Translations under genes and position numbers: made by a program
The notes under the pieces: generated by a model
Database searches by the model: none
Told to the model about the DNA's origin: nothing
Seen by the model: the letters and a program-made list of their open reading frames with translations, nothing else
Shown here: positions 25,041 through 38,646 of the stretch, in pieces
How the letters are laid out: each line of letters begins with the position of its first letter
How positions within the stretch are numbered: the stretch's first letter is position 1
Assembly: GCA_013265495.1 (NCBI GenBank)
Contig: MU058584.1
Span: 3,662,508-3,726,507 of the forward strand
Reading direction: 5' to 3'
Source: Vicugna vicugna
Taxonomy: Eukaryota
DNA length: 64,000 nt

Positions 25041-25789
25041 CTCTCAGCTGTAGTTTCCTTTTCTCTACTTCCCCTGACTGCAATGCCCAGAGATACTTTT
25101 TACTCTGTTTTTTTTTCCAATATGTATATAAGAAAGATGCAAATCTGCATCTTTGCATATGTACGATTATAATTTTGGTTGTTCAAAAATGGGATTATAT
25201 ATAGTTACACAATTTGCTATTCTTATTCTGTATATTGTTCACATATGTTTCTATGTAAAGACATACTGCATAAAATTTCACACTCAGAATATACTATAAC
25301 TTATTTACCCATTCTTCTATTAGGTTCCTTCCCTTTTTTTTTTTTTTTTTTGCCTCTGCAGTGAATCCTACAGTAACCATCATTTTGCATAATTTACTTG
25401 TGTACCTGTGTATTTCTGTAGGATCAGTTCCCCGAAGTGGAAACCTAGGTAAAAAGAACAGGAACACAGGAGGTCAAGCCAAATCATGCAAGTCATTTAA
25501 AGCCTGTGCTCCCATCACATCTTTTAACTTTCCATTGGACAAAGGCAAGTCCCATGGCCAGCCCAAAGTCAATAGCGTGGGAGAATTACACTCTGCCCAC
25601 CATTCAGCCATGGTAAGGATGAAGAAGGAAGGAAGACTTTCAGATATGTATATAACCTGGCTTAGTCTGACAGATAACTTAGAAATAATGTCTGTTTTTG
25701 GTTTTGTCATTTTCTTTAATGATACTAATTTCTTTAGCAGATATTATTCAATGCCCCATTTATAATCCCCTTAACATTCACTTCTACGA

Positions 25790-26435
25790 GACAAAGTGCG
25801 GATTCTGAGCATCCACAACTCTGCCTGCGGACTTGTCTTCAGCCCAGCAAGGAGGACAAGCAGGAAGTGCTGGGAAGTTAATGCCCTGGAAGCAGCTCAA
25901 CCAAAAATGCAAAGGGAATCAAGAGGTCAAAACTCTAGATTGCTCATGTCTCAATTGGGATGATGCAGGAATTCCTAGACAGTCTCCCAGAATCTCCCAT
26001 CAGGACTGAGTGCCCATGGCAGGAAATGGTAACAGACCCGACAGTGCACTCTTTTTTTTTTTAATTGAAGTATAGTGCTGTGTTAATTTCTGGTGTTGTG
26101 GTATATATATATATATATATAGTGTATATATATACACACACACACAATAGAGTATACACAGCAGTAAATAAGAATAAAATAATGCCATTTGCAGCAACAT
26201 GGGTGGACTGGAGATTATCATACTCAGTGAAGTAAACCAGAAAGAGAAAGAAAAATACCATATGATACCACTCATATGTGGAATCTACAAAAAGGACAGT
26301 GCACTCTTACTGACTTCCATTCTCTCCATCTCATTTCCCACTCCCCTGCCAGTGTTTTCCTAGGACCACCTCTCCAGCAAAGCACTTGTCCTCAAATTCT
26401 CCTTGCAGGGTGTGCTTCTTGGGGAATCCAAACCT
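25790..26435. mobile_element. ERVL-type LTR (LTR16/LTR33-like) interrupted by an L1 insertion
   Basis: gggaagttaatgccc...catttcccactcccc...tgcttcttggggaatccaaac motifs resume after the 26040-26308 insertion. Confidence 0.5.
26054..26294 (-). mobile_element. 5'-inverted (twin-primed) truncated L1 with 14-bp TSD
   Basis: TSD gacagtgcactctt at 26040-26053 and 26295-26308; minus-strand L1 tail joined to an opposite-orientation ORF2-end segment. Confidence 0.85.
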
Positions 26436-27115
26436 GCTCTACTCCAAATGTTCACAAATCAATCTCATGTGGTTTGAGAATTCAGTGTAAAATTACCTAG
26501 AGCCTGTCTGTGGGAGTTCTAATTTAGTAGATCAAGGAGAAGGCACCAAAGCAGTACTTTAAAAAATATCCCAGATGATTCTGATATACTTGACCTAAAA
26601 GTCCTTTTGGAGATGACTAACTTCAAGAGAATCCTTAGCTTGCATTGTAAGCTTGTAACGTCTTTATTTTCATTGATTATATTCATTTCATTGATTTCAT
26701 TGATTGTAACTTCTGATTTTCACGCTACACTATAATAACCAACTCTTAACAAAAGACTTGGGGTAAAATGAGCCAAATATAAGATGGTTCTTCCTTAGAA
26801 AAAAAACATTAAGTTCACCCTTTACCTTCCTGCCTGGCTTGCGTCCTTATGAGCTCTGATCCAAGCTCACTTTTACTTCTTGCCAGTTATTTTCCAGAAA
26901 TATAAATTTTATTCCCACACTATTTTGGGGGGGATTAGAAGGCTATCCAATAACTGAATCCCTTATAATAGGGTCTCTGAGTCTACCAATAATGGGAAAT
27001 CTTTACCACTCCTAAGATGAAAGGGACAAGAGAGGGAATAATGTGTTCAGGGAGAATCAGAACATCTCTGCTTCATATGTCTCTGCTTTTACCAAAGGCA
27101 TGACATCAGGACAGG

Positions 27116-27582
27116 TGTAAGGAGTTAAACTGTGGCCCCCAAAAGATATTTCAAGTCCTGATCCTTGATACCTAAAAATGTGACCTTATTCGGAAAAAGT
27201 CTTTGCAAATGTCTTCAAGGATCTCGAGATGAGATCATTCTGGATTTAGGGTGGATGCCAATGACTGGTGTCCTTAGAAGAGATCAGAGAAGGAGATTTG
27301 AAACACAGAAACACACAGGGGAAAGAGCCATGTGAAAATGGAGGCAGAGATTGGAGTGATGTGTCTACAAGCCAAGAAATGCCAAGGATGGCCAGCAGTC
27401 ACCAGAAGCCAGGAGAGGGGCATGAAACGCATTCTCCCTAATAGCCTCCAGAAAGAACTAATCCTTTGACGCCTTGACTTCAGACATCCAGCCTCCAGAA
27501 CTGTGAGAGGGAATACATTTCTACTGTTTGAATCCACACAGGTTGTAGTAATTTTTTATGAGAGCTGTAAGAAACCGATATA
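27116..27582 (+). mobile_element. MaLR solo LTR (MLT1C-like)
   Basis: tgtggccccccaaaagatat...atgtgaccttatt...ggaggcagagattggagtgatg...cagcctccagaactgtgaga. Confidence 0.85.
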
Positions 27583-28621
27583 GAAGGGAAGGAATGTGCT
27601 CTCCCTTCTGTTCTCTGATCTCTACCAGTGCTTCCCATTGGCCACACTCAAATGACAAGGGGGACACAGAAGACGCAGCCTGCAGGAGAGGGCATAAAGT
27701 GTCATTTCATCTTGGGTTGGGTAGGGGTGAGGGCAAACTGAGAGTATGAGCACCGTACATGAAATAAAAACGATTATAAGCAATAATACTTTTTTTTTTA
27801 ACGAAGTGACAAATGGAAACATAGCAGGGAGAGCTGGTAAATTGCTTCGTCGTCAAAGACAGAGACCATGAAAGCTAAAGTGCATCCTTTACTGTTGGGC
27901 TGTATTAAATCACAATGGGAAAAGAGCGGAGAGCTCACCTGACCCAAGGATTTACTCATTCTGTTTGCAAAGAACCAGCCTCCCAGGCTTGCCCACCTTC
28001 ACACAGTCAGTAAGTGAAAGATCGGGACCTGAATCTAGGTCAGCCAAATCCTGCTCCGCTCTCTATGTGCTGGTGGAATGTTCGCCTCATCGAGAGGTTT
28101 CTTTCAATCGAGAACTCCCACCTGGTGCTTTCATCTTCCCTGAGATTTTCACGTATGTACAGAAATAGCAGCTCTCTTTTTCAGATGGCCTCGCAAGCAG
28201 AACTCAGCACAATACCTGGGAAGCAATTGTCCCATCTTCTCAGGACAAGGTACCGCTCCTTTCCCAGAGGACTGTGCTGTGAGGTGTCCAGAGCTACAGC
28301 TTCGGTCAGGCCCGTTTCAGGGCAGCTCTGTAGCTGCCCACGCTCTGGTTCACTGAATGAGCACATGTGCTTTAAGCATCTCACAGATACCAGGCCGTGG
28401 GGATGCAACACTGAATCAAAGACAGCTCCTGCCCTTAAGGGGCTGGAAGCCTAAACAGGAGATGAGCGCGTTAGTGCAGGGGAAGGGGTGGTCAGTGCAG
28501 TGAGTACCTACCTCACCCGACAGAAGATTCAGGGAGCCCTCTGAGCCTCGGAGAGTGTAGAAGGCTGCTTTTCCCTCAAGCACCACAGAAGCTCATGCAC
28601 AGAAATTTCCTCGTTCTCCAG

Positions 28622-29400
28622 TTTTTTTTTTAAACAGACTTTATTTCTTAGAGCAGTTTTAGCTGATAGCAAAATTAAGCAGAAGATACAGAGAATTCTT
28701 GTATACCCTTTATCCCCCTGTACATACATTACCTCTGCCACTGTCAACATCTTGCATTAGACTAGTGCATTTGTTCCGATCTAAGAACTTACAGTGACTC
28801 GTTTCTGGTACCCAACGTCCATTGTTTACATTAGGGTTCATTCTTGGTGTATGTTCTATAGATTTTGACAAATACATAAAGGATATGCATCCATCATTAT
28901 AGTATCATATAGAATAATTTCACTGCCATAAAAAACCTCTGTGCTCTGCCTGTTCACCCCTCCCTACCCCTTAACCCCTGACAACCACGGATCTTTTTAC
29001 TGTTTCCACAGTTTTGTCTTTTCCCGAATGTTATGTGTTTGGGATCATTCAGGATGTTGTTTTTTCAGATTGCCTTCATTCACTTAGTAACATGCACTTA
29101 ATATCCCTCCATGTCTTTTCATGGCTTGATAGCTCACTTCTTTTTAGTGCTGAGTAATATTCCATTTGTATGGATGTGCCACAGTTTATTTATCCATTCA
29201 CCTGCTGATGGGCATCCTGCTTGCCTCCCAGTTTTGGCAATTATGAATAAAGCTGCTCCAAACATCCATGTGCAGATTCTTGTGTGTGTGTAAATTTTCA
29301 GCTCCTTTTGGTAAATACCAACGAATGTGATTGCTGGAATGTGTGATCAGACTGTTTAGTTTTGTAAGAAACCACCAAACTTCAAAAGTCGCTATACTAT
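28622..29400 (-). mobile_element. L1 3' region (L1MB/MC-like)
   Basis: T-tail, agactttatttcttagagcagtttt..., ggatgtgccacagtttatttatccattcacc, ccagttttggcaattatgaataaagctgct. Confidence 0.8.
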
Positions 29401-30519
29401 GGTATATTTTTTAAATGACTGAATCTGCAGTCCAGCAATACCTATCTGAGGTCTGCTGTTAAAGACTCCAGGAAACTTCCCTGATCAGCCTCTAGTTGGA
29501 AGATGCCTCTCCTTCTGTCCTTATGTTTCATCTTTTTAGTTTGAGTCTTTGAAGCCTGTGAAAATGCAAATCCCTGTACAATTGGTAACAATCTTCATTG
29601 TCATTAATTATGTATACCTTGAATAGGAACAGACGTTCTAAGAGTGCTTTGATTAAGCAAAATGCAGTGAAGGTTAAGGGGAAGAACAACACTATGTGTA
29701 ACTAACTGGTCTGTATGCTTCCTCTCCTATGAGTACTTGCTGTATCCCAGGAGAGAGATATGTCCAATTTAATAAGTGATAAAGCAGCCAACAGTCGGCA
29801 GCACTAAACGAGAACTGGGCATCCAAAGGTGAAGAGGAACAGTCTGTGTCCTTGAAGAGCTCACCACCCAGGCATGTACAAACACAACTTCAGTATAACA
29901 TGATAAACACTATAATCACCAAAACCGTTTATCCTTGATTTTCAAATAATCTGCCTAGTTGTCAGTGGATGTGTCAAATCATGTGTTGCAATCTTTGATG
30001 CAGAAAATATGGTTTGCTCAAATAGAGGCATTAAAGCACCACAGAAGCTCAGCGGTGAGCATGACTGACTCAGCCTGGAGGGTCTGATAAGTCTTCACAG
30101 AGGAGGCAAGCATTGGGGTTTAATATTCAACAACATAAGTGACCTTTCCTGGCACAGGGGAGAGACAGAGGTTTTCATGCAGACCAATCAGTGTGTGCAA
30201 AAGTGTGAAGCGGGTAAGAGCAGGGTCTGTTTTGGGGACAAGCAAGTGGTTCAGTGTGGCCAGAGGAATAGGTGCCTGTGCTGGGGCGGGAGGGATGGGT
30301 GGAAGAAGACAGGATGGGCAGGCAGGAGGCAGCATGGGAAGGACTTTTACATCATGGGCAGGAAGCTGACCTTGTACAGTAGGTTCAGTAGGATAGCCAC
30401 GAACCATATATGAGTTCACGAAATGAGTACCTGAAATGTGGCCAGTGCAAGTGAGGGGCAGAATTTTTTGTTTTATTTCATTTTATTCATGTAAATTTAA
30501 AAATGAAAGTAGTCTAAAG

Positions 30520-30607
30520 TAGAGAGAGAGAGGGATAGGGAGATGGATAGGTAGATGGATAGGTAGGTAGGTAGGTAGATAGATAGATAGATAGATAGGC
30601 TGATAGA
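30520..30607. repeat. Compound microsatellite (AG)n/(GGTA)n/(GATA)n
   Basis: agagagagagag...ggtaggtaggtaggtagatagatagatagatagatag. Confidence 0.9.
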
Positions 30608-31427
30608 TTTTTTAATCTGATAATCTGCCCACATGACTTACTCTTTCCACCTCTTTTTCTGGGTAGGGAGGGCACAACTGTGAACCTTTGCAGATGAAGT
30701 TTGTCTTATCACTCATGCATAATATAACATGATGAGAGTTCATGTTTTTGAATGCCAAAGACGTTTTTTTTCCCCAACAAATATTTGAGCACCTAGGATG
30801 TGCTTAGTGTTAAGGAGATAAAGATGAAAAGGCATGGTTGTTTACAGTCTGAAGGAATTCAGACACATGTTCACCAAATTCTTTTGATCACATGACTGTA
30901 TGTAAATTGTCATTGAGGAGGTAACCTAATATAAATCCATCTTAGTGATGACAGGGTTAATATATTCAAGATGAGTCGTGAGTCTCTGCTGTCTTCTAGA
31001 GAGTTTGTCCATAGAGGAAATTGGATTTCAGAAAATCAAATATTTCATCATTTTTGGCTTTTAAATTGATGCCAAACATTTAGATTTTTAAAGCATTTTT
31101 CATATCCTGTCATTCAATGTGTATATTTCATGTATATGTACATTATTTTATATGTACATATATTCATATTTTATGTATACATATACATATTTTATGTATA
31201 TTTATTTTACATCATGTATTTTATACATATAAGCTTTTCCCTACACAATCTCCTTTCTCCTTGCTTCTGTGAATATGGACATGTGGTTTAGGGAAAAAGG
31301 AAGAATTATTTGGGGACAAACACCATGAAAGTAGGATGCAAACAGATCGGTAGGAGTTTCAAAGATGGCCACTTAGGTCAAAGGACAACTCAAGGACTGG
31401 CTCTATTCCCTTGCTACTCTGGACCTT

Positions 31428-31535
31428 TCAAAACCTGGCAGCATCAGCATGACCAGGGAGAAGCCTGTTAGAAATGCAAGATCTCAGGTCCCAACAAGAC
31501 CACCTGAATCTGCCTTTTGAACAAGATACCCAGGT
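31428..31535. mobile_element. MER5-like fragment truncated by L1
   Basis: gcagcatcagcat...gttagaaatgcaagatctcagg...tgaatctg...aacaagatacccaggt. Confidence 0.65.
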
Positions 31536-32830
31536 TATAGAATAGAGAGCCCAGAAATGAACCCACAAACTTTTCGACAAAGGAGGCAAGAATATACAAT
31601 GGAATAAAGACAGTCTCTTCAGCAATGATGTTGGGAAAACTGGACAGCAGCATGTAAAGCAATGAAGCTGGACACTCCCTTACACCATACACAAAAATAA
31701 ACTAAAAATGGATCAAAGACTTAAACATAAGACAAGATACAATAAACCTCCTAGAAGAAAATACAGGTAAAACATTATCTGACATACATCTCAAAAGTGT
31801 TCTCCTAGGGCAGTCTACCCAAGCAATAGAAATAAAAGCAAGAATAAACAAATGGGACCTAATGAAACTTACAAGCTTCTGCACAGCAAAGGAAACCATA
31901 AGTAAAACAAAACAACAACCTACAGAATGGGAGAAGATTTTTCCAAATGATGAAACNNNNNNNNNNNNNNNNNNNNNNNNNNNNNNNNNNNNNNNNNNNN
32001 NNNNNNNNNNNNNNNNNNNNNNNNNNNNNNNNNNNNNNNNNNNNNNNNNNNNNNNNNNNNNNNNNNNNNNNNNNNNNNNNNNNNNNNNNNNNNNNNNNNN
32101 NNNNNNNNNNNNNNNNNNNNNNNNNNNNNNNNNNNNNNNNNNNNNNNNNNNNNNNNNNNNNNNNNNNNNNNNNNNNNNNNNNNNNNNNNNNNNNNNNNNN
32201 NNNNNNNNNNNNNNNNNNNNNNNNNNNNNNNNNNNNNNNNNNNNNNNNNNNNNNNNNNNNNNNNNNNNNNNNNNNNNNNNNNNNNNNNNNNNNNNNNNNN
32301 NNNNNNNNNNNNNNNNNNNNNNNNNNNNNNNNNNNNNNNNNNNNNNNNNNNNNNNNNNNNNNNNNNNNNNNNNNNNNNNNNNNNNNNNNNNNNNNNNNNN
32401 NNNNNNNNNNNNNNNNNNNNNNNNNNNNNNNNNNNNNNNNNNNNNNNNNNNNNNNNNNNNNNNNNNNNNNNNNNNNNNNNNNNNNNNNNNNNNNNNNNNN
32501 NNTAAAAAAAAAAAAAAAAGAATGAACATAAATACAAAGCAGAAATAGACTCATAGACATAGAATACAAACTTATAGTTGCCAAGGGGGCAGGGGGTGGG
32601 AAGGGACAGACTGGGAGTTCAAAATTTGTAGATACTGACCGGCATATGCAGAATAGATAAACACAGGGAAATATATACAAGATCTTGTGGTAGCTCACAG
32701 CGGAAAAAAAAAATGTGACTATAACTATATATATGTTCATGTATAACTGAAAAATTGTGCTCTACACTGGAATTTGACACAAAATTGTAAAATGATTATA
32801 ACTCAATTAAAAATGTTTCAAAAAAAAGAA
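31536..32830 (+). mobile_element. Young 5'-truncated L1 (ORF2 C-terminal part and 3'UTR), spanning an assembly gap
   Basis: Frame MKLTSFCTAKETISKTKQQPTEWEKIF; 3'UTR with G-rich tract and A-tail. Confidence 0.85.
31957..32502. other. Assembly gap (546 N)
   Basis: Run of N. Confidence 1.
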
Positions 32831-34878
32831 ACAAAATAATATTGGCACGGGTTGGTAAATGTTGAAACTGGGTGATGGTACATGGATATACACTATCTAC
32901 TTTTGCATTGTCTTAAAATTTCCAAAATAAAAAGTTAAAGCAAAAAAAAAAAAGAATATAGACATATTTGTTGAGGGGAGTTGTGGGGGTAGCCACCACT
33001 CAATCCACTGCAGACCCTAATAAGCTGTATGGCTCTGGACAGCTGTCTATAAAATAAGAGAAGACTCAAGTTTCTCATCTATCAAATGACATCTCTATTA
33101 ATAATAGTGTTAATATTTTCTGACTCTGAGTCTTTTACTTGAGTGCTCTTTCCCTAGGCAGAATAGGACAATTAAAGGAAAAACTATCAAGTGTGTTTTC
33201 TGTTTTTTTTTTTAAAGTATCATCATCTTTATGGTCCACTGCCTTTATATTAATCTCTCAGCAAATATTTGCCCAGGACACAATTCCCAGTGATAAATGA
33301 ACAAAATAATAATGTTCCTGTCCTGAGAGAGCTTACATTCCATATAAGCTTATGGTCTCCCCTACTGAGGAAGAGATGCAATAAAGAAGTAACAAATACA
33401 TACTCAAACTAATTAGATAATAAGGTGATTGATGGAGGCACCTGATAGACTGGGAAGGCTTCCTCAAAGAAAGGACATTTATTAATATTAAGATATTAAA
33501 AATGAAGAGGAGCCAAGAATAAGGTGATTCAAGAGACTGAAAGGAGGCTCATATGATGGGAATAGAATTTTCGAAGACTTGATGTGAAAAATGAATTATG
33601 GAGGAAAAAACTAAGAGCATATGTGAAAAAGCTGGAAGGGTTTTAGTTGACGAGATGTCAGTAGTGTGATGTGCGTGCTGCTGAAGTCCTATGGTCTTGG
33701 ACGGCATTGGTCTCCAACTCGGGGGAGGTGTTGGTTATGCACTGCCCTGTGCTGCTCAGAACACCCTCAGAGTGTTCCGTCTGGCCACTATGTGTGGTCC
33801 AACTAAAACTAGGTCAATTAAAGACCATCTTTGGACTGTGTCTAGTTAAAAAAGAAATCCAAATCTGATTCTGAATGACTAGAATAATGTAGATCTTTAT
33901 TCTAAGTTTTCTTGAAGTTAAGATACAGATATGAATAGGGAGCATCACAGAGAAAAATTCTTCAAAACTCTCTTTAGACATCTTTTCCACACTTGTGCCA
34001 GCCTCTCAGCTTCTCTTCTCTCAACTGCTGTCCTTTCATACCGTCTACCCTAATGTGAACCTTACCCGTCACCCCCTCCAAAAAGCCAGAGCTGTCCATG
34101 TCCCCCTCCCCTCTTCCCACAGGAAGTGTATTTCACCCTCTGACTTCTCCTCTCGTGACAAGAGGCTACCCACCACAGGTAAACCCTCCATCTCACTGCA
34201 CGTGCTTTCGGATGGCCATGGAGATATTTGAAAGGTCCCGTCGGCAGGACTCAGTAGCTGATTGGCTCATCACAACATACATTTGTTTCATTCTCACCCT
34301 GTGTCACAGCCTGCGCCACTCTGTGAAGCAGGCAGTGTTCTTATCCTCATTCAAAACTGGGGAAACCAAGGCTCAGAAGGCCTACATCGCTCGCCTAAAT
34401 CCCCAGAGCTGGAAAAATAGCAAAGACGGGATTTGAGCCCAAGAAGTCTGACCCTGGGAACTGGACATTTCACCCCTGTGCTGGCGTGAGAGGGCGAGGG
34501 AAGTCTGTGATGATCTCCTGGGACTCAGGTTGACTCACTGGGACGGGTGAGGCCGCCAGCACAGGCAGGAAAAGTAGGTGAAAGCGAGGCCTTTTGTTTT
34601 GGAGGTGGCGTGGGTAGTTGTTCCTAATTACTGTTACTCCTGTGTTAAAACTCCCCGTTTGTTTCTAGGGGTAGCGTAAAAACTGCTTCTTTTCTATTTT
34701 CCTACCTTCTTTATTCTGCCTTTGTGGTAACTGTTAATGCTGACCTTTAGAAGGCAATACACCAAACTCTTCCAGAAGAAACGCAAAATGATTGGCAGAG
34801 CACACCCAAAGCAGACTCAAAATCAGAAATGAAGCGCTGATAGCTTTATGGCTTTGCCGGATCTGTTTGGCCATTTTC

Positions 34879-35284
34879 CATCCTTTGCAATTGGAGTTGA
34901 TGGCATGGGGGGGGGTCCAATCTGGGGTTAACTGGGGTTCAGACTCTATTTGTCCAATGCGGGCTAATTGGGTAATGCCCACGTGCTCATGTTCCTTGAG
35001 TTTGCTAGGCTCTTGGCAGCCTCACCTATGATAGGGAGTAATCTCTGCTCCCTTCCTCTTGTGGGGAACACATGGTCCCAAACATCCTTTGCAATTGGAG
35101 TTGATGGCATGGGGGGGGTCCAATCTGGGGTTAACTGGGGTTCAGACTCTATTTGTCCAATGCGGGCAAATTGGGTAATGCCCACGTGCTCATGTTCCTT
35201 GAGTTTGCTAGGCTCTTGGCAGCCTCACCTATGATAGGGAGTAATCTCTGCTCCCTTCCTCTTGTGGGGAACACATGGTCCCAA
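34879..35284. repeat. Near-perfect tandem duplication of about 203 bp
   Basis: Copy 1 at 34879-35081, copy 2 at 35083-35284; differences are G9 vs G8 and gctaattg vs gcaaattg. Confidence 0.97.
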
Positions 35285-36856
35285 CTCACATCAATATGAC
35301 AATCATTGGATATTCCCCGGCTATCACAAAGGTTAACCAGGAACTTCTCCAAACAGCGCCTCTCCATGGCCAGCTGTGAGCAGCTTTTGAACAAGTTTCT
35401 TATTCACAGAATCACAAGCAAGAAGGCTGCCCGCCCAGAATCAGTCTCCCCGGAGAGCAGGTGCGGCTTTTGATACCACATCATCCTTGCTGGTTCTCTC
35501 CCCTGACCTCCCTCGACCTGGACCAAGGCTGCTTGTGCCCCTTATGGCACAATCATGGGTTTTTTTTCCACATTCAAGTCCTGGTTTCTGAAAATACCAG
35601 AGGCCTGACTCACAAAAGAGAGACAGTTTTACAGTCTTTTATGATCACTCTCCAGACCAAAAAAAACTAGGTTTCTGAGACACAGAAACTGAGGACCAGA
35701 AACTGAGGATTGCTGTCTTCTGCTCTGGCTCTTCCCCAAGGCTGCTTGGACTCACCAGTCTCAGACGGCAGATCTGTGTCATCAAAATAAAGTCACTGAT
35801 AGTCGCATTACATCATCCATGCAGCAGTTTTACTCTGTGGGTCCTTTGATGCTAGAAGTGGCCTCCCCTTTTGATGCCAGAGAGACTTTAGCTCTAGTTT
35901 GCTTTCTTCTGATGGATGCAAAACTCTCTCCTCCTCTGTCTACTAAGGCTGCACTTAACATCTCTCCCACTTCACAGATGGGGAGAAAGAAACAAAGAGC
36001 CGAAGCTCGCAAACAAGGTCTTACTCAGCCCTTCTTCCTGCCTTTTCCAACAGAACTTGATTTTTCTTAGGTGTCACCCACTACTCTCCATGCATCAATC
36101 ATGACTCGAGGATAGTGGCTCCAACCCTAGTCCTTATTCATTTAAGCCATCAGAACATGGTACAGCTAAGTCAGCAAATTCAGGTTGGCAGAAAGGACTT
36201 GTACCATATGCTTAGACTCAGGAGTGCCTTGTCTGTCCGTTCCTGTTGAGCGTGAGCAGAGAAACACATTGCCCCAGTTGCTGACCCCAAAGGGAATTAG
36301 CTTTAAGATGAAGCTTCAACTTGATTGGCAAAGAGGCCGTTGATAACATACATAAGCCGTTGAAATAACCAACCATTACGCCTGTTCTACACTTTGTAGG
36401 CTAATAAATTTGCTTATTGTTTTTGCCAGTTTATGTCAAGTTTCCTGTATTTTTTTTGCAGTCAAAGCATCCTGTACTTTAATCCTCTCCACCTCAGGAA
36501 ATCCTGTCAGTCCATCAGTTATTCAAGTCAGAGACTTAGGAATCATAATTTGTTTTTCCTTTTCCTGCACCAAAATTTAGTAAGTCAGCAAGCCGGCTTG
36601 TTCTAACCTCCAAAATATATTCATAACCCATCCTAGATCTCCACTTCCCGTGCCTCCATCTTATTCCGTTGTCTCTCACATAAAATCTGCAATTACCTTC
36701 TAACTCTTGTCCCTTCTCCCACTCTGGACTTCCTGCAATCTGTTATCCATGCAGAAGTCAGAATGATCTTTTTAAAAGATAAGTCATGTTATTCATTGTT
36801 TGAAACTTTCTAATGGTTTCTCACTTTGAAAAAAAACCCACAAATATCTCATTGAT

Positions 36857-37315
36857 TTAGTTACAGTAAAGACTACATCACTGTAATAAAGATCTCAACA
36901 TATAGTGACTTAAAAAAGATAGAAGTTTATTTCTCTTTCACATAAGAGTCAAGGCTGGCAGGACAATTCTGCTCCACGAGGTCCTTTGGAGACCCAGGTT
37001 CATTCCAGCTTCATGCTCCGCCCTCCCTCAAGCTAGAGTGTTGTCCTTATTTGCATGGTTCGTCTCTTGAGGGAAGGGAAAAGAGAAGAAGTTGAAGACA
37101 AGCATTTTCCCTTCAGTCAAGTGGGGTGGGTGTTGCACACACCTTGTCTGCTTATATTCCATATATTCCATTGGCAATAACTTTGGTGGCATGGCCACAC
37201 CTCACAACAAAGAAGGCTCGGGGGCTCCGTGTCTGGCTAGGTGTCCAGATTAAAGTCTTTTACCATGGAGGAAAAGGAGACTAGATTTTGGGAGGATGCC
37301 TGGCAGTGTGGCATA
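36857..37315 (-). mobile_element. Old MaLR LTR (MLT1J/K-like) nested in L2-like sequence
   Basis: agtgacttaaaaaagatagaagtttatttctct...attccattggc...catggccacacct. Confidence 0.6.
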
Positions 37316-38646
37316 CTTATTGTCTCCTTCAAAGCCCAAATAACCTAGTCCCTGCAGCCCTTTCATTGTCATCTCCTGCATGCTTCTTAGTTCACTCACG
37401 AGGAGCCACAGTGGCTTCCTTTCTGTTTCGCTGGCATCTCATCCTGAAGTCATTCCTACCTCCAGCTCCTTGCACTTGCTTTCCCTGTGCCTGGAACACT
37501 CAGTGCCCAGTAAGCCTCACAGTCTGAGTTCCTTCTTATCCTCCAGGGTTTCATTCTGTTGATTGAATATGTCTCCTCCTCAGAGAGCCCTTCTCTGACC
37601 ACCTTTCTCATATTGTCTTACCTCTTAGTAGTGGCTGTCTCTCTCCCTGGAGTCTGAGCTCCAGGAGGACTGGGGCTTATATGTCTGACTCTCATTTATA
37701 GACGTTACTTGGTCAAGAACATCATATAGACACAACGAACCCTTTTGAGAATAAAAGGATGAAAGGATCCTAAACAATGTCTCCCCATCTCATCCTGTGC
37801 AATTATCGCTCAGATCAAAATGTAAGGCGTTGCATTTGTTCCTCTTAATTTTATTCTGTTAGACATGGCCCGTTGCCCCAGCTGTAGATCTTCCTTGGGA
37901 TCTGATTCTAGACCTGTTCACGGCGAGTTGGCTGCCAGCCTCCAGCACTGTGTTAATGCTCAGCGTTCCCAGCTTTAATTCATGCTGCCCTCCCGCCGCC
38001 CCACCCCTTTCTCATGTGCTCCCACAATCTCGGCGCTTGTTTACAAAGCAAGAACTAAGTGTCGTGGGGATTAAGGAACCAGGATTCAGGAGATCTGGGT
38101 GCTAGTTCCAGTTCCTGTGGTCTTTTTAAAAGTCACGTCAAGCAAGTCATTCCCATCTTTGGGGTCTCATTTTCCCATCTGTATAATAGAGCAACAATGC
38201 CTGTTATGTGTTCCTCGCAGGTTTGTTATGAATCAGGTAACAGTGTACATAAACACGCCGTGGAACAATCTAAAATTGTACTGGAATGGGAGGGAGTGTT
38301 CTGGGACACAGGGCGTAAGGACAGGCGTCAGGGAGAGGCCATGCAACGAGGGACAATGGTGGGGTCAGAGGCTGTTCTCTGGAGCTCATCTGCAAAACCA
38401 TCAGGCCCCCCTTCCACCTACGCAATAGGGCATCTCATCCTTTCTTCCCCCAGTTTTCATGCCAAGCATGGGGACACCTCAAAGAAACCACCAAAAAATA
38501 AAAAATCCCTTTGTGCTAGATGACAGAACGGAGGCCTTGCTAAGAAGGAAGACTTTTTAAATTCCGTTATAACCAGTTTAACCCAAGGTCCCATCTTGGC
38601 ACATATTAAAGTTCCTCAGAAATGCCGGAGAGGTTTCATTCATAAC

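Noticed and set aside
31702..32740. Long ORFs of 190-290 aa
   Set aside because: Artefacts of translating through the N gap inside an L1
34879..35284. CRISPR-like or other array interpretation of the repeats
   Set aside because: Only two long adjacent copies with no spacers, in eukaryotic DNA; no repeat-spacer array anywhere in the window
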